A stretch of 63,847 bases of DNA, the filler included, from Folioceros fuciformis (Eukaryota): the NCBI GenBank assembly GCA_049999805.1. It is 3 parts of 2 records of this genome, joined end to end, with 100 filler letters (N's around TTAATTAATTAA, not from the genome) between each part and the next. Parts side by side here need not be neighbours in the genome. Positions count along the whole stretch, not along the records: positions 1 to 20,664 come from JBNGIO010006101.1; positions 20,765 to 37,976 come from JBNGIO010006101.1; 1 more part is not named here. One strand, written 5' to 3'. Made by a program: the position numbers and the translations under genes. Below are positions 10,982-22,959 of this stretch, piece by piece. The notes beneath the pieces are model-generated. The model saw nothing but the letters and a program-made list of their open reading frames with translations, was not told where the DNA came from and did not search any database. Positions within the stretch are counted from its first letter, which is position 1. Every line of letters begins with the position of its first letter.

Positions 10982-11869
10982 GGACAATGACATCTTCCTA
11001 GTGGGGGAGAGAGTAATGGCATAAGTGAAACAAGGTGAAAGTTAAAAGTAGAAAGGTGAAAGCTAAATCTAGAGCTGTCTTGATGAAGAAGCAAGTATGC
11101 TTCTTGCTACCTTTGGAAACAAAATGTGTGTTCCAGGCAAAACCTCCTAAGAAGGATGGAGTTGTAATGACCACTAGTATTCTAGGATGAGTGGTGTGTA
11201 TCATTCCCAGTTTTAGCAGTGGCTTAGCTGTGGAGTATAAATAGGCCAGTGTTAGGGTCTTAAGGATATACTGTGATACACTGATACACAAAGAGGCAGA
11301 CAGTGAGAAGTCTAGCCTTGAGGCATAGCTGTGGAGGGCTTGAAGAGCAAGCTTGTCAGATAGAGTCGAGGGCAGTAGCCAGTGGGGCGTAGATCGCCAG
11401 ACTCTTTGTAAGTATCTGGAATAAAGAGCAGCACCTAGAGGAGGTGGTCTGCGAGTCGTCAGTGGACGGCGGGCTACTTGGAGCCTAGTGTTGAGTCGTG
11501 TGTGAGGATTAATCCTTGTATGCTATACACCATGCATGCTATATACCATTCTATTTGTCTCAGCAAGGTAAACAAAATGATGTATTTTTCTGTTTGTTTT
11601 AGAGCATTTGATCAGGATGCTGCAATGCAAAGTTTTCTTCATATCCTAACTTTGAATGTTTGTTTCTTTCTACAGTCTACTAATCCTTGCATGCTATACG
11701 CCATTCTGTTTATCTTGTTAAGGTAAACAGAATGGTATGTAATATGTAATATGCAAGGAATTAATAAGTGTGGAACAAGAACATTTGGGATTGTGTGTAT
11801 ATGACGATGGATTGTGTGCCATTCGCTATAGTGCCTTATTGCCTCCATGACCTTCTTATCTGCAGGCTT

Positions 11870-12040
11870 ACATGGATGGATCTCAGGCTCCAGCGGCCTT
11901 TAAATCCATGGGCCTTAAATTCCTCCAACCTTTAAATCCATGGGGCTCAAGCTCCTCCAATCTCAAATCCATGGCAAACCTTCTCCGCTCACGAACGCAG
12001 ACGACACACACCTACGAACGCAGACGACACACACCTACCT
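11870..12040. repeat. Short degenerate tandem repeats (about 3x ~31 bp AAATCCATGG units; 2x 23 bp ACGAACGCAGACGACACACACCT)
   Basis: Direct reading of the sequence. Confidence 0.6.
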
Positions 12041-12584
12041 GTCTCTGCCCGTGCAAGACGAAGAAGCGGGACTTGGTTCTTGGCAGGCGCAAGTGAATAT
12101 TTTATTTAAAATATAAGTATATTCATATTAATCTAATAGTTTGCGCTGTAGACCAAGGACGGTAGTTCGCTCGTGATCTGCATTGCCAGCCCGTTTTTCG
12201 CGCGATAACCCACGGCTTGCTCGTGCCGCTCTATTTCACCGGTTGCCGGTGCCCTGCAAAACTATACGTACATGCTCACCGTATCCTTATGCACAAGCCA
12301 CGGGATGTATACATCAAGCATGGCAGTGCTCCACGAGTGGATCGGTGGGGCCTAGACCAGGCCACCTGATGATTACGGCTAGCCGATATCCACGATGCCA
12401 GTATGTGTCTTGCTGACGAGTTGAAGTGAATAGCGTGAAAGCTGCAAAGTTGCAAAAGGCAGACTGGTCTAGGCCAGGCGTCGGAAAGCCAGCCGGCCCA
12501 ATAATGCACCCACTCCAAATACGGGAAGGATGATCTGCAGACCTCCAGTCCTGCTCGTGAGAGCTAGCTTGTTTGGGTACAGCC

Positions 12585-14178
12585 ATGGCGGGGTACGGGG
12601 GCCTGGTTCTGGGACTGGAGCTACTGCTGCTGCTCGTTCTGGTGGCCGGGGTGGCGAGCCTTCCGGCCAACAAAACTTCGTTTCGTTTGGCGCGGAAGGT
12701 GAACCAAGAAGGGCCGTGGTTGGGGCTGGTGGTGCCCAACATCTACGAGCTGGGTCCCCTCCTGGATCCTAGCGTCTTTACAGCCCACCCTTCCATTCCG
12801 TTCATTGATCTCGCAGGTGGGATTCCGAGCTACAGGAATGCAGGAGGCTTGTTGTGACTTTAGAGTCTGATGCATGTCGGCGTGCAGGAATTGATAAGAA
12901 TAGGACAGATTTTGTGAGGGGAGGAGCCTTTGGGTAGGCGAGAACGTTCGTCCTGGTCGTGCACTGGGAAACTTTGAGCTAACCGGTTTAACTGGCCATG
13001 GGCTGCAGGCCGGAGATTCCACATTGGTAGCATTGAAGGGCACAAGATCATTGCTGTCATGTGCGGACTGTCCATGGTAATGTGGAGGCAGGATTCCTAG
13101 CGAGCTCCAAGACTTACAAGTGAGTGCAGTGTGCTCGCTTCTTTCTGTGCTCACGCTTCCCTGTGCATGCTGGCCTGGTCCAGCTGAATGCAGGAATCAG
13201 CACGCAGCAGTTACTCGATTTCTTCGACATTTCAGGAGTTTTGCATTACGGGATTGCGGGTGGGGTGTCAGACGCTCTCAACATAGGGGATGTCAGCATC
13301 CCCAAGTACTGGGCGCATGCTGGGCTGTGGGTTTGGCAGGTGCCGGTGCCAGTTGGTGATGGGGCTGGTGCTGGGGATCCTTGTAAGGAAATAGAGCCAA
13401 GGTCAGGCACTCATTTGGGTTTGTGCTGCAGAGGTATGGGCAGGGACCCAACGACCTTCTGCCCCTTCAGCAAAACGGGGACTTCACTGAAGACATTGGC
13501 TACTTGGACATCGGCAAGTACAACGTTCCCGCAGGGATGAAGGACAATCTGCTGAACAACATCTGGTACAACCCGGAAGAGGTGTTCCCGGTATCAGGAA
13601 CGCCAGAAGTCCGGCAGCACTTCTTCTACGTTCCTGTGGACAAGAAGTTTTACAAGATCGCCAAGAACATTGCGGTGGGCATGATTCCAGCAATCCAATC
13701 TTGTTGTAGCACACTATAATTGGGTTGTATCTCGACTGACGGGTCAACCCTTGTGTATTTGCAGACTGTGACTTTGGACCGTTGCGTGGCTGCGAACAGC
13801 AGCGTGTGTCTGGAAGCTGCCCCGAAGTTGGTAGTTGGCCGGCGAGCTGTGAGTGCCAACATATTCCTTGACAACGCTGCATACCGAGATTTCCTGTACA
13901 AGAAGTTCAAGGCTACGTCCGTGGACATGGAGTCGGCAGCCGTGTCTTTGGTGAGGGCATGCGGATTCCGATTTTTGCACTTAATACCGGTGCTCAGGTC
14001 GCTCACCTCAAGTTCCTTCCTGCAGACTTGTCTTGCCAACGGCGTGCCCTTCATTGCTTTCAGATCGCTTTCCGACTTGGCTGGAGGTTCGGCAGACCCC
14101 AATACAATAGCTGCCTTCGCAAGCCTTGCAGCTCACAATGCTGTGATCGTCCTAAGAGCTTTCATCAAATTAATCTGA
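12585..14178 (+). CDS. Secreted nucleoside-phosphorylase-superfamily protein (bark storage protein / MTA-SAH nucleosidase-like); 6 exons
   Basis: Hydrophobic signal peptide, GPWLGLVVPN, AGRRFHIG, GVLHYGIAG, GDVSIPKYWAH, SANIFLDNAAYR, VDMESAAV and FRSLSDLAGG joined across GT-AG introns. Confidence 0.9.
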
Positions 14179-14388
14179 CGAATAGGCTCGGAGTATTGAC
14201 AAAAATCAACCAACTTGGGCCGGATTCTGTGAAATGGGAGAGCATTCCATGTGAAATCCATTATAATATTTACGATTTTCGTCCACAATGCCGACGTCAC
14301 CGAGGTACCACAGGAGGTGATCGAGCAAATCAGAAGTTACCATGCTGACATACCGTACTCGGCTATCGATTTTGCGTTCATTGCATCC

Positions 14389-16411
14389 TCATAAGGGATG
14401 CAGGGATGCATTGGCATTCAGCAAAGCTCTCACCCCAAAATCATCGCTGACTGCACTCTCTGCTAGACTCTGACTCTCATTGCTGGCCGAAGATGTTTTC
14501 CACGTCAGTTCCTTGATCTGCTCCCAAACACCGTAGCGGTGGACCGCCGCAGCAGACAAACCTACGCACACCGCTAGTCCCACGGATCCCATAACCCAAC
14601 GGCTTAATTTCTGACGCCTTCGCCTTAGTTGTCGAGCTGTTTCTGCAGCACGGAACAACAATAAACTCAGTTTAGGCATGGATAACTTGGTCTCCAAATA
14701 GAGGGCGGACAACAAAGCATAACATGGTTCTGGTAAACTACAGAGCACATGTGAGCAAACGGCACAAGAGCAAGCAAATGAAGAAAGCAGAATGCACTTG
14801 AACAAGCAAACTCAGAATGCAGAAGGCACATGAACAAGCAATTGAAGAATGCAGAATGCACTTGAACAACCAAACGCAGAATGCAGAAGGCACATGAACA
14901 AGAAAATGGAGAATGCACTTGAACAATCCAACGCACAATACAGAATGCACTTGAACAAACAAACGCAGTATACACAAGGGCACATGAACAAGCAAATGCA
15001 GAACGCAGATGAAGAAGCAAATGCAGAAGGCACATGAACAAAACAATTCAAAAAACACCAAGCAAATACTTTCAAGGCCATTGAGAGTACTGTAACGAAC
15101 TGCTCACCGATTGATTGTTGATTGATCTGCGACATCTCATGGATGATAGTCTCATAGTATTGAATTTTGTCACGATACCTCGATAGCTCACGATTCTTAT
15201 CCCCAATGACACTATTCAGCTCTTCCTGTGCCTCCGCTCTCGCAACCCCTCTAGCAATGGCCCCAGCCAAAATGCGGGCAACCGACATCTTTTGAAGCCA
15301 CTCCTCCTCTAGCTTTTTAGAAGATTCTAGCTCTACGCTCGCTCTGGAGACACTTAGAGGCATTACTGAACATAGCCTACTCACCTCAAGCTCCTGCTGC
15401 AACGTCGACACAACACCTTCAATTTGTCTACGTCTTTCAATCTCACGTTGCAGCTGCAAAGCTAAATCCCGATACGCTGCAAGGCTTGGAAAATAACTCC
15501 GTTCGTTAAATTGGGATGGCGCTGAGCTTTCATCATCACTTGATGACCCTGCAGCAAGACATGAGGTGCGTTCTAAAGGAGTGGCGCAAAATGCCAAAAG
15601 CCCAGTCACAAAACTCTAGCCAGCAAGAGCAATTAAACTGAACATCCTGGTCGCTGTCAAGTCAAATAACTACAGCAGTACAAACTTGGACAGGAAAAAA
15701 TCACAGACATCCAGAGAAAATCAGTATCCATCATGGACGAAGCAGTGTGGATTTCAGCTATGGAAGTTGGGGCATTGCCAACAACCGCTCACCGTCATAG
15801 AAAATATCCAGTGCATCAACATACTCGTCGCAAGACGAAGAGCGGATGCTAGGGTGTGGGGACGAGCTAGGCCTATCAGCGCAGAACTCCAAGTCGGCGT
15901 CATGTATGCATGACCCAGGCCCCGTAACCGCTAAGTCTTGAGGCCTGTATGCAAGCCGAGATTCGATGCCTGCCTCCAACGACTGGGCGAGCAGATTCTG
16001 CAGCGTCCGACTTCGCCCGGCAGACAAACTCCTGCTCAACTGCGGCCCGACTTCCGCAACCTCTTCCCCTGAAGCAGTCGCCGACACACGAACTCCGGCA
16101 TAACCGATCCCAACCAACCCGCCGACCTGTTCAACCGCATCCGCACTGGAAACTTCCAACCCAGGCACAGCAGGCACGTCCTGAGAACTAGTCAGCCGAG
16201 GAGAGCTCTTAAGAACAAACGAACCAGGCAGGGCCGACGCGGCAGCCTGCGATCCTTTCAAAGAGGACGCATAAGACGACGCCACGGACTTGAAAGACGA
16301 GGCCGCAGAGCAACACTGCTCCACGGCACTAGCCAGCCTAGAGGATGCCGCAGCCCGCTCATCCAGCGACTCTATGAGCCTGTCCAAAGTGGTGACCGAA
16401 AATACCGACAT
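14389..16411 (-). CDS. Conserved plant coiled-coil protein with C-terminal TM anchor (At3g50910/At5g66480-like); exons 16411-15793, 15548-15108, 14642-14389
   Basis: MSVFSVTTLDRLIE N-terminus, DEYVDA motif, EIERRR and KNRELSRYRDKIQYYE..EMSQ.NQ coiled coil, basic RRRRQK followed by hydrophobic WVMGSVGLAVCVGLSAAAV; splice phases consistent. Confidence 0.8.
14750..15050. repeat. Degenerate intronic minisatellite built from GCAGAATGCACTTGAACAA and GCAGAAGGCACATGAACAA units
   Basis: About 8-9 related units inside intron 14643-15107. Confidence 0.8.
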
Positions 16412-16899
16412 CTCTGCCTTCCCCACTCACGATACGACGCTGATTAGCACGGGCTCGTCACCACCTCACTCACCTCGGACACGACGAGCACAAACCTGAT
16501 TCCTCAGCATCAGCAAAGGACTCCCAATTCAGCTGCCTCCAGCAGAAACCCTCGCCCAAACGCAGCAGACGGGAAAGCCCGCTGAGGGCCGTGGGGCAGC
16601 CCCCGCCTCCGCAAAAGATGCAAGCAAAGTGGGAGGACTATTGGCCCACACGCTTCTTCCTGCCCTGAAGCCATGCGACTATCCAAGGCCACCCCGTCTC
16701 TTCAATATTTTTCTCATTCTCTTGAGGTTGCCTTCTTCGAAACTCTGTATGGTGGAGGTTAAGGAATTCTAATAAGCGAATTATACAAATTTTGATCGGT
16801 CCAGGCATCTCCCGCTGCGAGTAATTTGGCTAGGCATTCTTTCTTTATAGAGTATTCCAACCGCCTTCTCTTCCTCATCCTTGTCCTCGCACTCCAAAG

Positions 16900-17635
16900 G
16901 CGTTCATTGAGCCCTCCTTACAAGTCTCCTTGTCCTCAAGCTCCTTAGTACTTTGCCATGCTTTCATTGAACCCTCCTTACAAATCTCCTTGTCCTCACA
17001 CTCATTTAGTACTTTGCCTTACCTATGCTACATGCTTTCATTACAGGTGTTGAGGAGGGCTTTCCTTACAAGTCTCCTTTGTCCTCGTCCTTCTTAGGGT
17101 CTTTGCCTATTCCACAGGCTTTCATTGCAAGTGTTCGAGAGGGCTTTCCTTCCAAGTCTCCTTTGTCATCGGTCTTCCTTAGGGTCTTTGCTTATTCTAG
17201 AGGCTTTCCTTGTAGGTGTTGAGGAAGGCTTTCCTTACAAGTCCCCTTTGTTCTCGCTCTCCTTAGGGTCTTTGCTTATTTTAGACGCTTTTCTTGTAGG
17301 TATTGAGGAGGGCTTTCCTTACAAGTCTCCTTTGTTCTCACCCTCCTTAGAGTCTTTGCCTACTCTAGAGGCTTTCATTGTAGGTGTTGAGGAGGGCTTT
17401 CCTTAGAAGTTTCCTTTGTCCTAGCCCTGGTGTTGAGGAGGGCTTTCCTTACAAGTTTCCTTTGTCCTAGCCCTGGTGTTGAGGAGGGCTTTCCTAACAA
17501 GTCTTCTTGTTTTCGTGCTCCTTAGGTTCTTTGCCTATTCGAAAGGCTATCATTGCTCTCCTTAGGTTCTTTGCCTATTTTAAAGGCTGTCATTACAAGT
17601 GTTGAGAAGGGCTTTCCTTACAAGTCTCCTTGATA
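16900..17635. repeat. Tandem array of ~84-bp units (GAGGGCTTTCCTTACAAGTCTCCTTTG...)
   Basis: Core recurs near 17055, 17139, 17223, 17308, 17392, 17439, 17484 and 17607. Confidence 0.85.
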
Positions 17636-18460
17636 GTTGTCAGGGCTTCTTTCCTCTTTAGAATATTATCGATCTTCCTACTAGGGAAAGAGGTGCAATT
17701 AGTCCTTCTCTAAGATTCCTCCATTCCTAAGCCCAATTGGGTTGTCTCAACTCTTGCTCGGGAAGGGTGATGGAGTTAGGGTTCTAGCTCAACTAGGGAG
17801 ATGGAGCTTGGTTTCTAGCTCAACCAAGGAGATAGAACTTGGTTTCTAGCTTGACCTAGTATTCAAGTGTTTTGTATCACACCAAGAACATTTTCCATCC
17901 TTTGTGTTTTCATCTAAGCTTGGTCCATCTTATGCTCTACCTTGTATTTACAACTACGAGGCCCTCTTTGTGGCTCTAGGCTCTAGAGACAATTGGCTCG
18001 ATGTCTTGTGGGCATGCAACTATTCCTATTGGATGCAAACCATTTCCAAATAAGGAGTGAGTAAGTGTGGAGAAGTTCCTTCCTTGAGGGGTCTCTCATA
18101 CACTTTGCGTAATAATGGTTCTCTTTGAGATGACATTTTCCTTATTCAAGAAGAAAAGGTTTCTGTTGCTAACATGGTCATAATAGACCCCACACGGATC
18201 TCAGTATGTGAGCATATTGTCCTCAACTTCTCAAATTGCACGGCAAAGGGTAGTGNNNNNNNNNNTGAGCATATTGTCCTCAACTTCTCAAATTGCACGG
18301 CAAAGGGTAGTGCATCCGTTAAGATTCACAAGGACACTCCTCTACATGTCAGACACATCTGATCTCCAAGCCCTTGCCATTAAGACCCACAAAGCCATTT
18401 GTAAGGCATTTTCCAAGTTTCTAAAGATATGCACCAAAGAGAGTAACAATAGGAAAAATG

Positions 18461-18499
18461 GGGTTTAATGTTTAGGGTTTAACCCTAAACCCTAAACCC
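18461..18499. repeat. Inverted interstitial telomeric-type repeats (TTTAGGG)n/(CCCTAAA)n
   Basis: GGGTTTAATGTTTAGGGTT-T-AACCCTAAACCCTAAACCC. Confidence 0.7.
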
Positions 18500-19029
18500 G
18501 AGTAACCCTAAAGCCTCTCACAAGAATTGGACACATTTCGGGAGCGACCTTCTAAGAAGTTCATCCCTTTTAGAAGCATATTGGGAGTAGCCTTTTTAGA
18601 CGTTCCTATATGAAACATGCACACCTTGCTTTGATATAGATTTAACTTTCACTTTTTCTCTTTTTACTTTCACCTTATTTTACCTGTACCATTACGTGTG
18701 GATCTTTGTAGCTTTACTTATTAGTGTCAGGGATTGCCATCTCATCCTGTCCGTCCCGCGCCGCCCTGTTCCGTCTCTTAACATCTGCATTTCTTGCCTT
18801 GTTGTATGAAGGTGGTGGAGAAGATCGAGTTGGGAGTGGCCAAGAGCTAGGTCATCTTCTCCTTCGAGTTCTTCACACCCAAGGCCCACGATGGAGTCGG
18901 CAATTTGTTGCAGACAATTGAGAGGATGGTTGTCCACCAACCAGGCTTCAATGACATTATGTAACGGACATCCACCTTGGATCTCACTCTTGACATCTCC
19001 AAAAAAATGCAGAATACGGTGCGTTCTAT

Positions 19030-19160
19030 TGGTTCTTTTAGCTCTGCTAGGCTACCTAGAGGAGCTGGTTCTTTTAGCTCTGCTAGGCTACCTAGAGGAG
19101 CTNNNNNNNNNNCTAGAGGAGCTGGTTCTTTTAGCTCTGCTAGGCTACCTAGAGGAGCTA
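19030..19160. repeat. 36-bp tandem repeat in an MTHFR pseudogene intron (spans a 10-N gap)
   Basis: GGTTCTTTTAGCTCTGCTAGGCTACCTAGAGGAGCT at least 3 times. Confidence 0.8.
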
Positions 19161-19650
19161 GTTGCCTTGCGGTGCAGGATGAGAGTTAGGCCCTATAAAA
19201 CATGGGGCATCTGAATGAGCGTTTGGGATTGGGATTTGCAGGTGTGCGTGGAAACCACAATGCACCTCACTTGTAGCAACATGGCTTTTGACAAGCTCAA
19301 CGAGGCTTTGGAGACGCTGAAGAAGAAAGACNNNNNNNNNNCGGTGTTGTTCTTTGGTAGGTGAAACATATTCAAAGCAGGTACGGGGACTATTTTGGCA
19401 TCACTATTGCTGGATATCTTGGTACTCCCTATTGCATTTCTCCTTCTTAGTATGAGCTCAGTGATCCGGGACATTATTGCTCATGGTCGGCTCTTGCTTT
19501 TTCTGTAGAAGAGAACCATAATACTGTTTACATGAGTAGGCAATAGAGGAGGCCTACAGGAAGGTTTTGGCATACTTGAAAGAGAAGGTGAGCACGGTGC
19601 ACCTAGCCTTGGAAACATTTCTCCTGTTACTGGGAACCTTAGTGATATGT

Positions 19651-19905
19651 AGTCTTGAAACAAGGGTGGGAACAATTGTGACCCTGATGAACTATAGTTG
19701 TGAAACAAGGGTGGGAACAATTGTGATCCTGGTGAACTGTATTCTTGAAACAAGGGTGGGAACAATTGTGACCCTGGTGTACTATAGTCTTGAAACAAGG
19801 GTGAGAACAATTGTGACCTTGGTGAACTATAGTCTTGAAACAAGGGTATGAACAATTGTGACCCTGGTGAACTGTAGTCTTGAAACAAGGGTGGGAACAA
19901 TTGTG
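19651..19905. repeat. 45-bp minisatellite, about 5.7 copies, in an MTHFR pseudogene intron
   Basis: AGTCTTGAAACAAGGGTGGGAACAATTGTGACCCTGGTGAACTAT-type units start at 19651, 19696, 19741, 19786, 19831 and 19876. Confidence 0.9.
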
Positions 19906-20664
19906 CAAGTTCAAGCAAGAGGGCAAGCGATCATCACTCTGATGTTTTTCGATACAAATGTGTTTCTCAAGTTTCTCAATGATTGTAGAAAGATGTGCAA
20001 GACCAAGGTGGTGAAGGCACCTATTCCTACTTGTTGCTCGTTAGCGTGCAAGTTTGTGCAATGAGTAATGTGGTGGATCACTTCAAGTACCTACAAAAAT
20101 CAATGTTGCTTTGGAGCTCATCAAGGATAATGATGTGGCAGTGCAAGCATATGGAATCTACCTTTGCATAGAGATGTGTAAGAAGATATACGCTCATGGG
20201 GTCAACTATTTGCATTTGTACTCTTTCAATTCAGACAAGTTTATTTTGCCTATTCTCGAGGTATTGCTCAAATCACTAACCACTTTCAAGTTCAAATAAG
20301 TGCTCCACGGAATGGCAGCTGATGCCGATGGCATTGCTTTGTAGAACCGTGGCTTGATTGCCTTCAATCAAGTTACAAAGCCATTGTGTTGGCATCCAAC
20401 AACCCATGTGGAGCTGACGAGTGAACCATATGAGGGAAGCAGCAAAAGCTCGAACGGAACCCATTAATGAGGAGGCCTTCTTTGTAGGGCCGAAAGGTAT
20501 TTACACCTATTTATTTATAAATATAAAAAAATTCAGTAAAATAGGTACTTCTCAATAGCTGAAGTGAGGACGTGAGATGGTCTTTTCAAGAAAAATTGGG
20601 GTATCTACTACGATCGTAAGCATAAAATTGCCAAGCCAGATCTTCTATGCTGTCAGTATCTGAT

Positions 20665-20764
20665 NNNNNNNNNNNNNNNNNNNNNNNNNNNNNNNNNNNN
20701 NNNNNNNNTTAATTAATTAANNNNNNNNNNNNNNNNNNNNNNNNNNNNNNNNNNNNNNNNNNNN
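20665..20764. other. Artificial contig linker N44-TTAATTAATTAA-N44
   Basis: Six-frame-stop 12-mer centred in an exactly 100-nt gap; identical structure at 37977-38076. Confidence 0.95.
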
Positions 20765-21155
20765 TTAACCGGCGGCGGAGGGATACGACATTCTCAACGT
20801 TTACGAGGAATGCCAACGGGACTCCTACTCCTACTCATCCTCTCCTCTTCCCGAGGTCTATCAAGGGTTTCGTTAGGGTTTTGTGAAAACACACCATGCA
20901 TGAAACGGTGTACAGTCCTTGCAATTGTGCTCTCCATTGAAACTCACGTCGCATTAGGGAAGACATTTCCGAGGTTTATTAATACCGTGTTGAAATTTAG
21001 CTCTTCAGAGGATTCAGAAGCCCATGGAAAGAACTTCTGCAGGTCTACACGAATTGGATTAAATCATTTTAGATAAGATACTTTTTTATTATTGAAAAAG
21101 ATATTTCACTTTATGAAAAGTGTCTATGTAACTCTACAACTTCATCTTCATGTTA

Positions 21156-21229
21156 TGCTCTCACTGAGATTTGAACTCAGGACCTCCCGCTTACTAAACG
21201 GGTGCTCTAGCCAACTGAGCTATAAGAGC
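21156..21229 (-). tRNA. trnT-AGT: tRNA-Thr (anticodon AGT)
   Basis: GCTCTTATAGCTCAGTTGGCTAGAGCACCCGTTTAGTAAGCGGGAGGTCCTGAGTTCAAATCTCAGTGAGAGCA folds as a cloverleaf with A and B boxes. Confidence 0.95.
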
Positions 21230-21866
21230 TGCATCCTCCATGTCTAATATTTAATTTTTTATTAATTTTATTGTCTGTCCGTGACTCCGGTCTAATTAGT
21301 TATTGTAAGGGCACAAGTACATATGTAAAACTTTTTGTCGAAAACGTTGTCTGCGACAAGTTCGTCAGTCAGCGGAGGCGGAGCTGGAAATCCTTACAAT
21401 GGATAGTCTGCCCTGGTAGTAAACAAACGTTGTTAGCAGCCATGTTGTGAGCAACTCAGGGCCTCCAGGTTGCCTTGGCGGACAGCTTCAGCATGTATGC
21501 TGGTCCTGTGATGACAGCCGTGCCAAGATCATCGGCCTGTGTCCAAACGATTTGGCAAGGTCGGAGCAAAAGAAAAGACACACGAGCAGCTCACTGTTTT
21601 TTTTGTTCATGGGGCAACACGGAAGGGGTAACGATGTAACATGGTGCAGAAGACCGAGCTGGAGAGTTGATAACGACAAAGAAACTCAGGGCACTGAGGA
21701 ACCCCGCTCGATTCACGGCAACTGAGCTGGCATTCTTGGAAGCTCGAAGGAGCTAGGGTTTCCAGGAATTTTGACGAACACGTATGATGCCATGGTAGTG
21801 GAGGGGACGGTATGTCAGTCTATTGCTCCCATCGACATTGAGGCCGTTTGAAGGCGGGGACTCGAA

Positions 21867-22842
21867 ATGGCAGTGTCCTCGGTGGTAGCGAGGGGAATGC
21901 TCTCGTACTCACCAGGCTTGACGAGAAGAAGCGCCTTGCAAAGCTGGCTTCCCGGGTGCTGGGATCCAGCCCACCCGGGGCCAAAACCATTCCCACCGCT
22001 GCAGAGTCAATGCAGGGGCCAGCGACTGACTTTCGTCTGCGCAGCCAGCAAGGCTACGAGGAAAAAGTCGGATAGGAAGAAAAGAAGCAAGGCAGGCAGA
22101 AGTGGTCAGGATTTCGACCAGAAAATGTTGGTGTGGGATGACGTGTTTCAGACATGCTGCGACGATTCCAGCCGAGCGAGGACGGTCAGGTCTGTTGCTA
22201 GGGAAGGCCTTGAGCGGCATGGGAGGGGTTGTGTGTTGATCACCGAATCCGTTCGAACGTTGGCTCGAGGTGCAGGCAGTGGATTCAGCAACAAGCGCAG
22301 ACCGGATTCGGATGAGGTCCCGGCTTACGAGTCTACTGAGTGGGTTGTGGAATACGTGCCCAGGAATTTGATTGAGGATCCAAGTGCCACTTCTGCAGCT
22401 ACTAGCCAGGTCTGAGCGGAGCGTTTCATTTGCTTTGCCGTGTTGAGTCCATGTTTTTCCGGATTCACCATCACTTGATAATCAGCTTATCATTTTGCTC
22501 ACCCAGGTCACGGCTGATGTGGGGAACGAAGAATTCCGTCTCGTAAAACCAAGCAACTGGTTAGCGGCAGTCAGGGGCATGGTGGACAGGACAAGGCTAT
22601 TGGCTCTGACTGCTGGACCAAAGGATGGACAATTTCTGCAAGACGCAGGAGGCGAGGCACCCTACTATGCCCATCAGGACGAATTGGTGCTTGTCCTGGC
22701 TGTAGCCATCGACGGAAATGTTACAGTTGGGGCGGATGTTGTAGTGGCCAACCTGGACGCTGTACCTGGCGAATCAGACGCAAGTTGGCAGTGGAAACTA
22801 GTAGTACGGGATTTATTATCATTTCATCCATTTCATAGTTGA
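21867..22842 (+). CDS. Uncharacterised protein with plastid-transit-like N-terminus; exons ~21867-22409 and 22507-22842 (3' end uncertain)
   Basis: MAVSSVVARG...FVCAAS transit-like leader; CAG|GT donor at 22409 and CAG acceptor at 22506 keep the frame; no family recognised. Confidence 0.6.
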
Positions 22843-22959
22843 ACTTTAGTGGAGGCCACTGAACTGAAGGTCGACTATGAACGAAACTAGTAACACCCCG
22901 GGGTGGGTAATATGAACGAAACTAGTAACACCCCGGGGTAGGTAAAATCATACATTAGA

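Larger units (their letters stand above)
6370..11665 (+). mobile_element. Ty3/gypsy chromovirus-like LTR retrotransposon (element 1), defective; 5' LTR largely missing, outer boundaries approximate
   Basis: PBS TGGTATCAGAGC at 6418-6429, gag-PR-RT-RH-INT-chromo order, PPT AGTGGGGGAGAG at 11000-11011, downstream LTR with TATAAA, AATAAA and motifs shared with the element-2 LTRs. Confidence 0.9.
18806..20400 (+). pseudogene. MTHFR: Methylenetetrahydrofolate reductase pseudogene (intron-containing, premature stops, internal deletions; 3' limit approximate)
   Basis: MKVVEKI..*VIFSFEFFTPK..DGVGNL...DLTLDISKKMQN; VCVETTMHLTCSNM; YGDYFGITIAGY; LAYLKEK; IITLMFFDTNVFLKFLNDCR; IKDNDVAVQAYGI..EMCKKI..GVNYLHLY. 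Confidence 0.88.

Noticed and set aside
14667-15061. Cys/Phe-rich ORFs in several frames
   Set aside because: They come from the intronic repeat of the coiled-coil gene
18209-18312. Direct duplication of ~47 bp on both sides of a 10-N gap
   Set aside because: Typical unmerged contig overlap artefact
19481-19926. Repetitive ORFs (QLFPPLFQDYSSPGS)n and (HNCSHPCFKTIVHQG)n
   Set aside because: By-products of the 45-bp minisatellite inside a pseudogene intron
20709-20720. Palindromic TTAATTAATTAA motif (also 38021-38032)
   Set aside because: Synthetic assembly linker inside N runs, not biological
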